A stretch of DNA of 55,304 nucleotides from Neovahlkampfia damariscottae. Taxonomy: Eukaryota. The number at the start of each line of letters is the position of its first letter. Position 1 is the stretch's first letter. Position numbers and translations under genes: made by a program. Shown here piece by piece: positions 1-13,177 of the stretch. The DNA is taken from positions 1 through 55,304 of the forward strand of contig JABLTG010000137.1 in NCBI GenBank assembly GCA_016618085.1. Reading direction: 5' to 3'. The notes beneath the pieces were generated by a model that saw only the letters and a list, made by a program, of their open reading frames with translations, was not told where the DNA came from and searched no databases.

Positions 1-95
1 ATAAATCTTGATTGTCACTAATTAACTTCTTGTTTTCATATTGGAGGTCTTCATTTTTTTCTTCAAGTTTTTTAATTCTATCTTCTACAAAAAAC

Positions 96-680
96 TCATG
101 TTCTTTCAGCAAAGTATTTTTTTTTTTCTTCTGAACTCATTTCAATAAATGACAATTGGTCCTCCTTTGAATCTTCGTCATTTTTTTTTTCTAAATTCAT
201 TGGTGGAATCATCGTATTATCTTCAGAAACAGTTTTACTTTCAATCTTTATTTTTTTTTGTTGATTGAAATTTTCTAAATTTTGATTTTTGTAAGGTGCA
301 AAATTTGCTTGAAGTTTCCGAATTTTAGTATTTTCTTCATTAATTGATTCAAAAATTCCTTGTTTTTTTAAGTTGTGATAAATTGTATCAGAAAAAATAT
401 TAAATTGTTTTAAAAATGTTTCAATCATTTCATTTCTCTTTTTTCCATTGGTTTCAGTTGATTTAAAAAGTTTAATTCCATTTTTCTTTAATGCCAAATT
501 TTGAAATTCTTGAAATTGCTTTGAAATGATTGAAGTATCAATTCTCTTGTATGAGTAAAAATTACGCTTCTTTAAATAATCTTCTAATTCTTGATCAAAT
601 AAGAGATCAAATCTAAGTTTTTTAACTTCCATTAAATCTTTTCTTTCATTTGTTTGATCCCCTTTTGATACAACTACCAC
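96..680 (-). other. Uncharacterised ORF/gene fragment abutting the truncated transposase back-to-back
   Basis: 194-codon open frame starting at GTG that overlaps the start of the transposase frame near 658-680; no recognisable domain. Confidence 0.35.
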
Positions 681-1029
681 TTCAGTTGATGGTAACAGAT
701 TTTATCAATTTCTTCAACAATTGATTCCACGTATTCCTATTAATGATTGCTGGTTGTATTTAGACAATGCCAGAATTCATAAAATTCGCAAAGTATTTGG
801 ATTATTTGAAGAATTTAATGTGAATTATTTCTTCAGTAGTCCATATTCACCAGATTATAATGCAATTGAGTTTATGTTTGGTTATATCAAAGGAGCAGTA
901 AAAAGGTATCAACATTATCAAGTTGTACAAGCAATTAAACAAGTTCTAAAAGATCTTGAGTCTCGTCCAGAATTATTTAGAGTTTGGGTTGATTATGCAG
1001 CAACTAATTGGCAATCCAATTCATTATAA
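658..1029 (+). mobile_element. 5'-truncated Tc1/mariner/IS630-type (DDE_3) transposase fragment, DD34E
   Basis: Motif LYLDNARIH...SPYSPDYNAIE; 34 residues between the second D and the E. The frame is closed by TGA at 655-657, so the first catalytic D and the HTH are missing. Confidence 0.85.
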
Positions 1030-1344
1030 TTTTATTCTTCAAAATTACTTGATTTCTTATGTAATTTGATTTGCAAATAACAAATATTTCACCTCAAATT
1101 GAGACATTTCTTTTGATAATTTTCAACCAATCAAAAAAATTTTTTATCGCGAAGTGATTTTACATACCAAAACAAAAACACCAATAATTTTATTTTCTTT
1201 TTATTTTACGTTACTTTTCACAAATTTTTTGGTATTATTATTTTTTATTTTTTCATCAACAAATGAAAAAAACCACATGAAAATAAAAAAACCCTATTTC
1301 ATTTGTCAAATTTATCCAATCAAACATAAACCCACTCAAAACAA

Positions 1345-2283
1345 ATGCAAATTGAAAACAAAACACTTGATGAATATTTTCAAAAGAAATATGGAAACAT
1401 AGAAAAGTCCAAAAAATTTGACACTTTTGAATTCACAAAACAATTCAACCAAAAAAAACGGGAACTTGTTGAAAAATTAAATAAAGAAAAATTAAATCAA
1501 CAAGAATTAGAGACAGTAAAAACTGAACTGAATATTTTACAAGAATATGTGACAAAAAATTCAAATTTCCTCTCAAAATACGAAATCCAAAAATGTACAT
1601 CACTGCTCAAAGAATACAGATTCAAAATTGATTCATTTAGTCAAAAAAACACAAAATTTTCATTCTCCAAAAGAAATGTAATAAATTCAAATTCATAATT
1701 TTTCTAGAAAGTGGCATCATCAAAGAAAGAAACATCATTGAAAAAAAGTGAAATGCCAAAAGAAGAAGAACAAGAAAATTTATCAAACAAAAAAGAATTT
1801 AAAAATATATTAGATCAAAAAATCACACTTACGCATGATGAGTTGTCATTTGACGAGGATTTCACAGTCAAAGATTCAAAAAATTCAACAATCACCATTG
1901 AGACGATTGTAGGCGCAATTTATTTTAGAAATCTTCAAAACTGTCATGTTTATTGTGCACCTGTTACTGGTTCAACTTTTGTTCAAAATTGCTCAAATTG
2001 TCATTTTGAATTAGCATCAAAACAAGTAAAGAAAAATTGAAAAATTTTTAACACCAAAAAGTTACGTATTCATGAAACTGAAAATTGTGAATTTAAAATA
2101 TTCTGCAGAAATACATCAGTTATAGAAAAATCAAAAAATCTTAAATTTGGTGAATACTCGTTTAATTATCCAAACAAAATAAAAGATTTTCAAAAAGTTG
2201 AATTTTTTGAAAATAATTGGAAAAATATTCAAGATTTTGATCAACCCACAAAAAAGAAATCAACAAATTGGGATTTCTTATGA
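1345..2283 (+). CDS. TBCC: Tubulin-specific chaperone C
   Basis: N-terminal helical region, beta-helix repeat (CAPVTGSTFVQNCSNCHFELASKQ|LRIHET), C-terminal NNWKNIQDFD...NWDFL. Introns 1678-1707 and 2026-2061. Confidence 0.9.
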
Positions 2284-2305
2284 AAACAAAAATAAATTTT
2301 ATCAA

Positions 2306-2310
2306 CCAAT
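2306..2310 (+). promoter_or_regulatory. CCAAT box (representative of a window-wide proximal promoter motif)
   Basis: CCAAT about 20-55 nt upstream of the ATG at 2306, 3121, 8667, 16023, 20238, 25464, 26447, 28430, 41966, 50205; ATTGG equivalents occur before other genes. Confidence 0.75.
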
Positions 2311-2345
2311 CAAAATTATTATTCTGCTTTTGTGAATCAGGATTG

Positions 2346-3061
2346 ATGGATGAAGAAAGAAAAATCATTTGTGAAGAAAAAGAATCAAAAAATGTATCAA
2401 AACTGATTTTAAAAAAACATAAACCATACCTTGAAATACCAAAATCATTAGAAAAAATTACTTTGGTTTTGGATTTAGACCAAACACTGATATTCTCATC
2501 GAGAATTGAAATAAAAGATATAAAAATAGTTTGTATTAAAACTATTAAACAGTTTAAGGAAAACAAAAAAATTTATAAAATTTCTGTCCCTTATCGAGGT
2601 AAAGTTAAAATTAATTTTTTGAATTTTTTTTAAAAGAAGGGAATGAAAATTATTATGTGATTAAAAGACCACATTCAGATGATTTTTTGAAAAATGTTTC
2701 AAAATGGTTTAATGTTGTAATTTTTACTGCTTCTTCAGAAAGTTACGCAAACAAAGTTTTAAATTTATTTGATGATATAACTTATGATGGAAAATTATTT
2801 CGACAGCACTGTGATGAAAATCATTTTGATGGAAAAATAAAATTGCAAAAAGATTTAGATAAACTTGGAAGAAAGATATCAAGAGTATTGTTAATTGAAG
2901 ATTCAAAAGAAGTTATTTATTCAAAACATTTAAAAAATGTAATTTATGTTTCAAGTTGGAAAGGAAATCAAGATGATGTCGAATTATTGAATTTAAAAAA
3001 TCAATTATGTAAAATGAAAGACGATGAAGAAATTTATTCTTTTGTTGAAAATTACAAGTAA
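2346..3061 (+). CDS. CTD small phosphatase / NIF (FCP1-like HAD) family protein
   Basis: TLVLDLDQTLI (DxDxT), VIKRPH, VIFTAS..YA, LFRQHC, KDLDKLGR, IEDS motifs; one short intron near 2599-2638. Confidence 0.85.
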
Positions 3062-3166
3062 AATTGTAAAATAAAATTTCGAAAAATATTTTTTAACGTT
3101 AAAATTGATTTTTTTTTAAACCAATCATATCACGTGTCAACAAAAACGAACAAAAAAAACGTTGAG

Positions 3167-3773
3167 ATGATGAAGTTTTCGATTTTACTTTTAATAACTT
3201 TTGTTGCTATTAATATGGCTTCATTTCCTTCACCACCAAATGTGACACCACAATTTGCGGGTACTTGTGGAGGTACATGTGTAAATTCATCAATACTCAG
3301 TCAAAACAACGTTATGCCAACATGTGGTAGAATTATTCTTGGACAACAATTTATCTGTTTACAATCTGGTTATACAGCAAATTCAATTAGAGAGTTTTTT
3401 TTTATTTTTTTTTAACATTTTAAAAACAAGAGCTGATAATAATGTCTCTGCGGTTTTCAACAATTGGAAAAAAAATCCAGATTTTTGGATACCAGATACA
3501 AATGATTGTGAGTATTCTGCACTTACTTTACTTTGTTCAACTGTCTTTCAAGCTTGTAGTGAAGATAAAACAAAGAGATTAAAAGTTTGTAAATCAACTT
3601 GCGAAAATTATTATGATAGTTGTCAAGCTGGTGAACTCAAAGATTTTAGATGTGAAGAACATACTTATAATGGTGATTATCGTGCAGGACAATATGTTTG
3701 TACTGGTACAGCAAGTTTAAGTACATTCAGTATTTTTGGTTTGGTAGTTTTGTTAACATTTTTATTGTTATAA
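3167..3773 (+). CDS. Secreted/GPI-anchored cysteine-rich protein (Frizzled-CRD-like Cys spacing)
   Basis: Signal peptide, C..LLCS.VFQAC...VCKSTCE.YY.SC pattern, hydrophobic C-terminal tail; intron ~3394-3430. Confidence 0.6.
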
Positions 3774-3797
3774 AAAAAATTTTTATTTATAAAATAT

Positions 3798-6700
3798 TCA
3801 TTTTTTTTTTTCTGGGTGTAAATTTTTATACTTTTTAAAATTTAATTCTTTTATTTTTCCGAAACTTACATCATTTTGATAGGTGGAAATATTTGGATGC
3901 TTTTCCAATGCATTTATAAAATTTTGTTTTGTTGGTTGAAAGTTTAATAAAAATGAAAATAAACTATTTGAATTTGGATATTGAATTATTGATTTTTTAA
4001 CCAGTTCAATCGATTTAGTTTTTTGTATTTGATGAATTAAAAAATCAAAATTATTTTCATCAAATAAAAATCTTTCACAAACTCTTTCAAAAATATCTAA
4101 TTTCAAAAACTGATTAAAATAAAAATAATCTCTGGGTATTTTAATTAAAAGTTTTAAAATGGGTAAATTTGAATGAATTAATCTTTCAACTATGTTTAAA
4201 GGAAAATAAAACGTTTTGGTAGTTTGAAAGAAATTCAAAAATTCTTCAATTTTTAAATTAAATTCATTTGGATATTCTTCTAAAAGTCTAAAATATTCAA
4301 TCCAAATACGAAATTTATCTTTTTCGTTTTTTTGACATAAAATTGAATGCTGAATGATTTTTGAATTTAATTTATTTTTCGATGATAAATATTGAAATAC
4401 AATGAACCAAAAATATAAAGATTCCTCAGATAAATGGAAAATTATTTTTAGCAAATCAAATTTCTGTTTGTATGCATCTTCTCCATTTGATTCGTTAAAC
4501 CTTTCAAAAAATAAATCATATCTGTTTTTCAATTCATCTAAAAAATTATTTCTTTTCAAAAAATTAAAATATTTAAATTCAAAATAAAAATCATTTTCAA
4601 ATTTCTTTTTTCTCCAAATAGAATCAAAAATTTCTCTTGATGCTTGAACTTTCAATTTTTTGAACTCAAGAATCTCTAAGTGTGCAATTAAAAAATTAAT
4701 TGAATTTGCATTCTTTTGGAGATATTTTTGAATTAAAATCAATGCACCTTCAATATCTTGTTTTAAATTCATTTTATAATTCAAATAATTCAAACAAAGA
4801 ATTTCACATTCAATTATTGAATCAAATTTGTCAATTAACGTTTCAAAGTCCTTCGTTAAATCATAACCATCTTTTTGTTCATTTTTAAATTTTAATTTTA
4901 ATGGATGATCTATAAACTTCAAAAGATGAATTCCATTTGACATTATTGGAAATTTTTTATTCAGCTTTAACGAAAGTAAAATTAAATAAAAATTTGATTC
5001 ATGTTCATTGGTTAAATGATTCTTGTAATCAATGACATTTTCAAATTCTTTGATTGCCAAATCAAGTTCATTTGACAAACAAAGTAAACGAATTTTTTCC
5101 AAATAAAACAAAGAAATAATTCTTGAATTTGATTTCTTTTCGTCATTCTCTTTGACAAAATGTTCAATTCCATTTTGGAGTATTTCAATTTTTACAGGTA
5201 TTTTCAATTCAAATTCTGAATAAACAAATCGTAATAAAACTGAATTTGGGTTATATTTAATTGAATATTGAAACATTTGTCTTGAAATATTTATATCCCT
5301 TTCTTTATTTTTCTTTGAAGAATATAAATTTAAATAAACCATCCATAAATCAATTGAATTTCTGTTTTTAGGAAGTGCTTCTGCTAATATGATCAAGCTT
5401 TTTTGATAATCCTCTTTGATAAAGGAAAACGCGTATTTTATCCAACAATCAACATCATTTGGATTTTCTTTTAAAAAGTTAGAAAAATAATCTGCATCAT
5501 CAAAATATCTCTTTTTTTCAAAAATTTCATCTAGTTCATCAATACTACACTCAAATGAATTTTCAAACTTATTTTTCATTGAATGCTTTTTTAAATTTTC
5601 TAAGTTATTATTTTTATCCATATAATCTCTTTGATGTTGTGATTGACAATCCTTATCATTACAAACACCATTTTGTTCAAATCTACAAAAAGGAACAAAT
5701 GGGTTGATATAAAATTTAGACTCTTCTTCATCCTCATCTAACTGTTTTTCTTTATATTTTTTAAACATTTCAAGTTGACCTATGATTGAATCATTTTTTT
5801 CTAAAGTTCCTTTCTTGTCTTCTTCATTCAATTTCAAATCCAAAATATCTTCATTCATTGAAATTATATTACCAAATTTTGGAAGTGGTTCCAAAAGATC
5901 TTCTGGAATAGATGTTTGAATTTTTACATTCTTTTTATTTTTTTCTTCAAGATCAATTATTTTTTGTAATAATTCCTTTCTTTCTTTTGCTAATTTTTCC
6001 ATTCTTTCATTCACTGATACTTGAGGAATTGTCTTTGATGGTTGAACCACTGTTGTATTTATTATTTCATTTTTTTCTTGTTTTGGTGCTGTTGGTTTTT
6101 CAACTGGCAATGACTGATGCTTTGATTTATTTATAATTGAATTTCTTTGAATAGTTTGTTCATTTGTAATTCTACCTCCTGTTCCAATTGTTCTTGGATA
6201 TTTTGGAGGTTGAATTGGAAAATCTTCTTCGATTTTTAGTTCATTTCTTAATTCAATTTCATATAAATTCGTTTTCAAATCTTCATAACGAATTTTTGAA
6301 TTTGATAAATTTATCTTTGAATTCAAAATAGATTGTTCACAAGTCGAAATTTCGTACTTTAATTTTTTTTCATCAAAAATACAAGAGTTAATCAAACCTT
6401 CAATTAATTTCATTTGTTTAACTAAGATGTTATATTTCAGTTCTAAATTTTGTTTTTTTTCATTTGATTCAATTAATTTCATTTTTGAATTCATTAATTC
6501 ATTTTCTTGTTTTGATAAGTTTTGATTTGATGATTTAATTTCATTTTCATATTTTTCAATTTCAATTTTAATCATATCTGGATTTACATTTCTTTTTTTT
6601 AATGGTGATGATTCTAATGGTTTTTCATTGGATTCTTGAAGAGATTCTAATTTTCTTTTTTTTTCTTTTTCTTCAATTTCTTTCTTTTTTAGTTCGATTT

Positions 6701-7422
6701 CTTCTTCTTTTTCTTTTACAATTTTTCTCCATTTTTCAATTTCTTGTTTTTTTATATCTTCTTCGTTTTCTTTTCCGGTCATTTCATTTTCTATCATTTC
6801 TTTTCCAATTATTTCTTCTTTCATTTTTTCTTTTTCTTCAAATACTGATTCTATTGGTTTGGTAGGATTTCGAATGAAAACTTGATTTTTTGAAACATAA
6901 GGATTTGAATTGAAAGAAGTTGAATATGATGGATATACACTCTTAAATTGATTTTTATAAGGACTTGGTTGATCATTTTTTTGTTTGGAAGTATTAGTAA
7001 AACTCGAATTCTTCTTCTAATTCAATTTTTTTTAGTTTCTTTTTAATTTTTACGGAATATTTTTTTTTTTTTGGTTTTTGTTCTTTTTTTGATTTTGAAT
7101 TAATATGCTGCTCCAAAATTAAATCAAACTCTTCTTTCTCTTCTTTTTCTTCTTCTTCAGAATCTGATTCTTTTATTATACTTTGATTTAATACAAATTT
7201 AAAATCATCTTCAGAACTGGATATTTGATCTGATGAATAATAATTAGTATTTTCTTGATTTTTTGAATCATAAACTTCCTTTTCAAAGTCTTCACTTTCT
7301 TCTGACATTTTTTCATTATCAATTTTTGCATCTATATCAATAATATTTTTGTCATCTTTTGAACTTTTATCTTCTTTCTTCTTTGAACTCAAAGCTAGTT
7401 TCCGCAGCTCTTCCAGATCCAT
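3798..7422 (-). CDS. ZFC3H1: ZFC3H1/Red1-like C3H1 zinc finger, HAT-repeat protein (PAXT/MTREC scaffold)
   Basis: N-terminal LEELRKLALSS, coiled coil, FCRFEQNGVCNDKDCQSQH finger, HAT-like repeats (NPNDVDCWIKYA). Intron 7017-7053 joins the two ORFs in frame. Confidence 0.75.
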
Positions 7423-7516
7423 TTTTTTTTTTTTGAGATGAAAACAACCAATTAGAATAATAGTTTTTTTTTAACACGAGAAAAGACTCTAAATTGAATT
7501 TAAAAAATGAAATTAT

Positions 7517-8525
7517 TTATTTTTTTTCTTCTAATTTTTCTTCTTCTTTTTTTTCACCTTCTTCTTTTTTTTTTTCAACTTTTTTTGTTTCTTTTTTTAA
7601 TTCAGATTCTCTCAAATCTAATTTATTGTTAACTAAATCATGAAGTGAAATAATAGCTCTTGTTAATGAAGAAAGATACATTGCTAACATTGAATCATTG
7701 ACTTGAACTGTAAATGCGTCTTTTGTTTCTGTATCTTGTAAACCAGGTAAAAGATTGAAAACATCTTGTAAAATGTATAAAATATTATGATTCATCTACA
7801 AAATTAAAAAATTTAAAATTTCTTCTTCTTACAGGTAATTCTTTTTTTCCAACTTTTTCAAGATAAATATGAATTTCAGATAATCTTGTATGAAGAGCTT
7901 TAAGTGAATTTATTCTAGCTGAAACACTTGTAGCTAAATCAGAAACAGTTGTATCTTTTACATCACGAAGTAAATGTTCAACACCAATTTCTTCTGCTTC
8001 AAGAGCACCAATTTCATTTGGAATATGTGCAAATGTTAATGCAGGTTGACTTTTTTCATCTTCTTTTTCTTCAACACTAATATATGCTTCAGTTGGAATT
8101 CCTACCTGTTTTGGTTCAACGTCAACTACAACATAAACTGGGTGGGTTAAATATTTTGTAAAAGTTTGATGAACATCAATATCAGATTGTCTAATTTTAG
8201 GACCTGTACTATACCATCCAACAATAACTTCTTTTGCGTTGACTTTTCTAAACATGTTGAACATGTTTTCCAAAAAATTTTGATCTAAAAACCAAATTGA
8301 AGGATCAGATGGATCTTCTTCAAATGGAGCTTGTTTTTTTTTAATTTGAATTTTTTTTTTTTTACCTGCGAATGAGTTTGTAATGTCTACTACTCCTTTT
8401 GAAACTGAGCCCAATAAAATACCAACTGCACGATTTTTTTTATCTGCGTGTATTCTTGTATAATGGTCAACTACGCTCAACAAAACTAAAGGATGAACTA
8501 TAACGTGATTTGGTTTCTTCGACAT
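7517..8525 (-). CDS. PSMD7: 26S proteasome lid subunit Rpn8
   Basis: [36 protein letters not shown] motifs; two short introns. Confidence 0.97.
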
Positions 8526-8687
8526 GAAAAAAAAAAGTTTGATGTAATTGATTGGTGGAAAATTCGTCTAAAAATAAAAAAGAAAAAAATTATTCATAAA
8601 ATATTCTTACAGCTTTCACTTTTGTTTTTATTTTTTGAACCAATAATTTGAACTCTTTTTTTTCCTCCAATCGTTTCATCACAACAA

Positions 8688-10149
8688 ATGAAGAGAAAAA
8701 GAAATCACACAGTTGAGATAAATGTAAAGGCTATCAAAGATTACGATAAATTATCAAAAACACCTGGTCTTTCTAAACTAAAAAAAAAATTACCAATTTT
8801 TCATTTGGAAATTTATAAAAACAAACAAGACAAAGCTTTGAAATTTTTGGAAGAAGAAAATTTCGAAATTATAAAAAGTTCAATGGATAAAAATATTTTG
8901 GATACCGTTACACCACTTCATTTTTTACCATATGAAGAACAAATTGCATTGAAAGAATCAGAAATGAAATCAGTTTTGAGTATGATAGATCCAGAAAATA
9001 AAATTGAATGGAATGGTGTTCTAAAATCACCTGTTATAAATAACTATAGAAATAATTGTGAATTTACATGCGGAGAAAATTCAAAAAATGAGATTCAAGT
9101 GGGTTTCTTGACAGGTAAATATTTTTTAAGAAATTAAATGAAAAAAGGAGCATTTGTAGATGGGTAAGACATTATTTTATTCACAAAAAATAAGTTTTAA
9201 AACAGTTCAAAGTCCAAAAGATTGCACTCACATTTCAGAAAATTCAAAAATTTTAAGTGAAGAAATGACTGAATTTATTCAAAAGTCAACATTTCCAGTT
9301 TATAAAAAAGAAAATAAAATGGGTTTTTGGAGGCTAGTAAAATGTAGAGAAAATTTAAAAAATGAAATTTTATTAATGATTCAAATGACAACAGACAAAG
9401 AAAAAATAGAAAAAATGAAACCTGAACTTATTGAATTTTTTCAAAAGAAATCAAAGTTAAATGTTGTTTCTATTTATTTACAATTCTATGATGGTGTTTC
9501 AAATGCTGCTCCTGAAGATTCACCTCTTGAAAAAATTTTTGGAACTGATACTTTACAAGAAACTGTTTGTGGTTTGAATTTTAACATTAGTCCTGTTTCA
9601 TTTTTCCAAGTAAATACAAAAGGAGCTGAATTATTATACAGTACAATCAAATCATGGACAAGCACAGAAGATGTTTTACTTGATGTTTGTTGTGGTACAG
9701 GTACTATTGGAATGGTTTGAAAGAATTGTTTTAAAATTTAAAAGATAATGAGTGATAGTGTTAAAAAAGTTATTGGAATTGAAATGTCAGAATCTTCTGT
9801 AAAAGATGCACATGAAAATGTTAAATTGAATAAAATTGAAAATATGGAATTGTTATGTGGAAAAGCAGAAGATGTGCTTGGAGATACTATTAGAAAAAAA
9901 GGTTTAGATGTTTTAAAAGTTACAGCTATTGTAGATCCACCAAGATCTGGTTTACATCCAAAAGTTTCAAAAGCATTGGTTAAATGTAAATCAATTAAGA
10001 GTTTCATTTTTGTTTCATGTAAACCTGAAGTAGTAGCAGACAATTATAAAATATTATCTCAAGGTTTCAAACCAGTAAAAGCAATAGCAGTTGACATGTT
10101 TCCTCATACAAGTCATTGTGAATTGGTAGTAAAATTTGAAAGAAAATAA
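8688..10149 (+). CDS. TRMT2A: tRNA (uracil-5)-methyltransferase Trm2/TRMT2A
   Basis: YRNNCEFT, ISPVSFFQVN, LLDVCCGTGTIG, VDPPRSGL, FVSC, VDMFPHTSHCE motifs across three ORFs separated by short introns. Confidence 0.92.
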
Positions 10150-10230
10150 ATAGTTTTTATTTACAAATTGACGTCAAAAAATTGGTTTGTCTCTTTTCTT
10201 TTTTTCTTTCACTTTTCAATATTTTTTAAT

Positions 10231-11022
10231 TTACAATAACAATAATGAGTCAAGATCTGAAAAAGCTTTTGTTGGAGTCTTCTCGCAGATATCGATTAAT
10301 TTTGAAATTTCTGTTGAACTTGGTTTTTTAACAGTTGGAATTTGTACTTCAAGTCTTTCTTTTTTGATTGGTTTGACAGCCCAAGCATCCATTTCTTTTG
10401 ACTTTCTTGCGTATGTATGAAAAGGTGTACTCATGAAAGCAGCGAAATAAGAGTCATCAAGATATGATTTAGCATATAATCCAAGTGTAAAAGCTCTTTT
10501 ATGGTTGTGAAAAGAACATAAAGTGAAACAAACACGAACTTGAACTTGAGTTTGACCACTTTTGAGATGTGATCGTGTTATTTTTTCTAATTGTAAAGCT
10601 CCTTTATCACTTTGAATTTCTTCTCCTGTTTCTCCATCAACAAGTTTAAAAGATAATTCGTGAGTGTGGCTCATTGTTGAAGGAACTAAAAATTTCAAGT
10701 CGTATTTGTAAGGTGCGCAGTATAAGCTATTTGGAAGGTAATCTAAATAATGATCTGCTGTTTTTCTTGCTGGTTTAATAAAAAGTTCGATTTTTTCGTT
10801 TTCCAGTAAAACTCTTGTTGCTTCTTCTGTTTGAATGTTCTTTGGTGGTGGTGTTGTGATTGCGTTTTCTTCCATTAATTGATACACTTTTGAAAAATCA
10901 AAATTCATAAAGTCAAAAGGTTCTTCTTTTATTTCAGTTTTTAAAGAGCTGATGTGGTCTTCAATTAGTGTTGGTTCTGGAATTGAGTATGAAAATTCTT
11001 CGTTGTCGAAATATGAGTCCAT
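10231..11022 (-). CDS. Uncharacterised protein; possible beta-sandwich (CudA/NDT80/p53-like) DNA-binding domain
   Basis: Intronless 263-aa ORF with an acidic N-terminus and a beta-rich core ending FTLCSFHNHKRAF...STPFHTYARK; long upstream region with several CCAAT/ATTGG boxes. The function is a guess. Confidence 0.55.
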   Translation of the reverse strand: MDSYFDNEEFSYSIPEPTLIEDHISSLKTEIKEEPFDFMNFDFSKVYQLMEENAITTPPPKNIQTEEATRVLLENEKIELFIKPARKTADHYLDYLPNSLYCAPYKYDLKFLVPSTMSHTHELSFKLVDGETGEEIQSDKGALQLEKITRSHLKSGQTQVQVRVCFTLCSFHNHKRAFTLGLYAKSYLDDSYFAAFMSTPFHTYARKSKEMDAWAVKPIKKERLEVQIPTVKKPSSTEISKLIDICEKTPTKAFSDLDSLLLL

Positions 11023-11318
11023 GTGTTTCTGTTGTTGTGACCTCTGTTGTGTTTTTATTTTTTGTTCTAAACATCACAAAATTCTATTTATAGTTTTTCT
11101 GAACGAATAATTTCCACGTAGGTAAAGTGATTTGATTGGAGGAAAAATACTTCTAATCTATTTCATTGGACTAAACCTTCGAAAGAAAAAACAAAAAAAG
11201 ACTCGAACATTCCAAAAAAGATCGTTAGACCAATAGGAGAATTCTGAAAACTGCTTTTTCCAACGTCGTCCATCCAAATTTAGGTGTCACCTAAAATCGG
11301 TGATTGAAATGTTTTTTT

Positions 11319-13177
11319 TCAAAGTAACAATTCAGGTCTATCAAACCCTCCATTTATTGCTTTAGAACTGATTTCCTTCTTTTCAAAATCAATTCCGATG
11401 TAATCCTGAAAATCTGTTGAACTAATTGATTTTTTAATTTCCTTCATCCAAAAATCTTTCTTTTCTTTCTTTTCCTTTTCAGAATCAATTGTTAAATACT
11501 TCTTATCAACATCAATTTTCTTTATTTGATCAAGGTTCATTTTCTCTTGACGAAATGAAGGTCTGTGTTCTCTTGACCACAAATGATACAATATTACTTC
11601 AGAAGGAGCAAATATTTTATATCCTGCTTTGAAAAATTTTGATAGCATGTAAATTTCTTCTCCAAAACTTCGCCAAAAATTAGGAAAAAATAATTTGATT
11701 ACAAAATATACTCCAAAGAATCATACGGTATTTTAACAATATCACCTCTTGAAAAACTGAATCCAGCTGCCCAGAATAAACTTTCTATTGGTTTATTACA
11801 TTCACAAGATATCACTTTTCCAGTAAATCTTGTCAATGTAAAATTTTCAACATTTTGATCATCGGAAAAATCTTTTGCACACTATTTCATTAAAATAAAT
11901 CATCCAAAAAAAAATACCATTAAAATAATTTCTTTTGTTTTTGGTAGTTCATTTGGTAGTTTGTAACCCATTGGATAGGTTGAAATGATAGTCTTTGAAT
12001 TTGAAATTTTTTCAGATTTGATCAATTGATTGATTAAATTCTCATCCCAATTTTTTTCAAATCTCATATGAGAATCAATTTGTAAATAATAATCTTCATT
12101 TTTAAACAAATATTTTTGAATCAAGTGTCTAGCAAATCCAGGTCCTTTTGCAAATTGATAAGGAAGATGTATTTCTCTGATTTGATCTGGATATTGATAT
12201 TCTTCTTTAAATAGATGTTTATCTGTATTTTCATCATATTGATGACAAATACCACAAATTATTCGATTTTTAAACTTTGATTTTTCAAACAGATCTTTGA
12301 TTGTGTATTGACATTCAGAATCTCGATATGAACAAATGGACACAAAAATTAATTTTTCATTTTCTTTTTTCTTCTTTACAAATATTGAATGTATATTTTT
12401 TAAACCGGAAATCCAGTAAGTTAATGAAAATCTTTCAAAATAACTCGGTAGGACTTCATGAAAACATTCAGAAAAAAATACCAATAATCTATTGAATTTT
12501 GGTTCAATCTCAACAGATTCATTTTCATTTTGATAACATTTTTCAGTATCAAATGATCTCTCATTTGGATATAATTTCAAATTTCCACCTTTAATTTCAT
12601 CTGGTTTATTGAAATACATCAATAAAGTTAATTTTCTATCTGAAGCTTGTAATGGAGTTGCATCAGCATGTTTTTGATATCTAGTTCCATTAGAAGGATC
12701 TTTTAATTAGAATTTTTTTTTTTATTTACATATTGCTGATTGAATGGATGATGATGTTAAATTTAAATCAAATTCTTCATTCAAAGCATTTTTAATATTG
12801 TAACATTTGACTATTGCTTTTTTCATATTTTTTGGTGTTGATTTTTGATCCATCCATTTATGTAAATCACCTCTGATATCAGAATTTACAACTTTCGCTT
12901 TTCCTGTTCCAAAACCAGCATTTGAAAGTTGATTGGTTTCTTTCAACTCTGATATTTCTTTTTGAATGCTTTCCGCTATTTTTTTATCCAAAAAGTTATC
13001 TATGATACAGTAACCTGTAGTTTCCAATTGATTTTTTATTTCTCTTGAGAGTTCTAAATCTTCTTTTTTTATTTCTGGTTTTGAATTTTTTTCTTCCTGT
13101 TCTTTGGTTTCTTTTTGTTCTGAAAGTAAAGTCAATAAAGTTGTTTTTAAATTTGGAGGTAAATTTGATAAATCCAT
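11319..13177 (-). CDS. Fused 2OG-Fe(II) prolyl-4-hydroxylase (PhyA/EGLN-like) and GT60 hydroxyproline GlcNAc-transferase (Gnt1-like)
   Basis: IRGD..W, YQKHAD, GGNL.LY, P.FNRLLVFFS..HEVLP...RFSLTYW, then in the same ORF IFVSICSYRDSEC, AKGPGFAR, YYLQIDSHMRF, FWAAGFSFS, FGEEI, YHLWSREHRPSF. Confidence 0.88.

Noticed and set aside
4402..6865. Short Phe/Leu-rich + strand ORFs (and similar antisense ORFs across the window)
   Set aside because: Antisense shadows of Lys/Glu-rich genes in AT-rich DNA.
6824..7053. Apparent frameshift or stop-codon reassignment in ZFC3H1 and other split genes
   Set aside because: Short GT-AG introns restore the frames; the standard code fits throughout.
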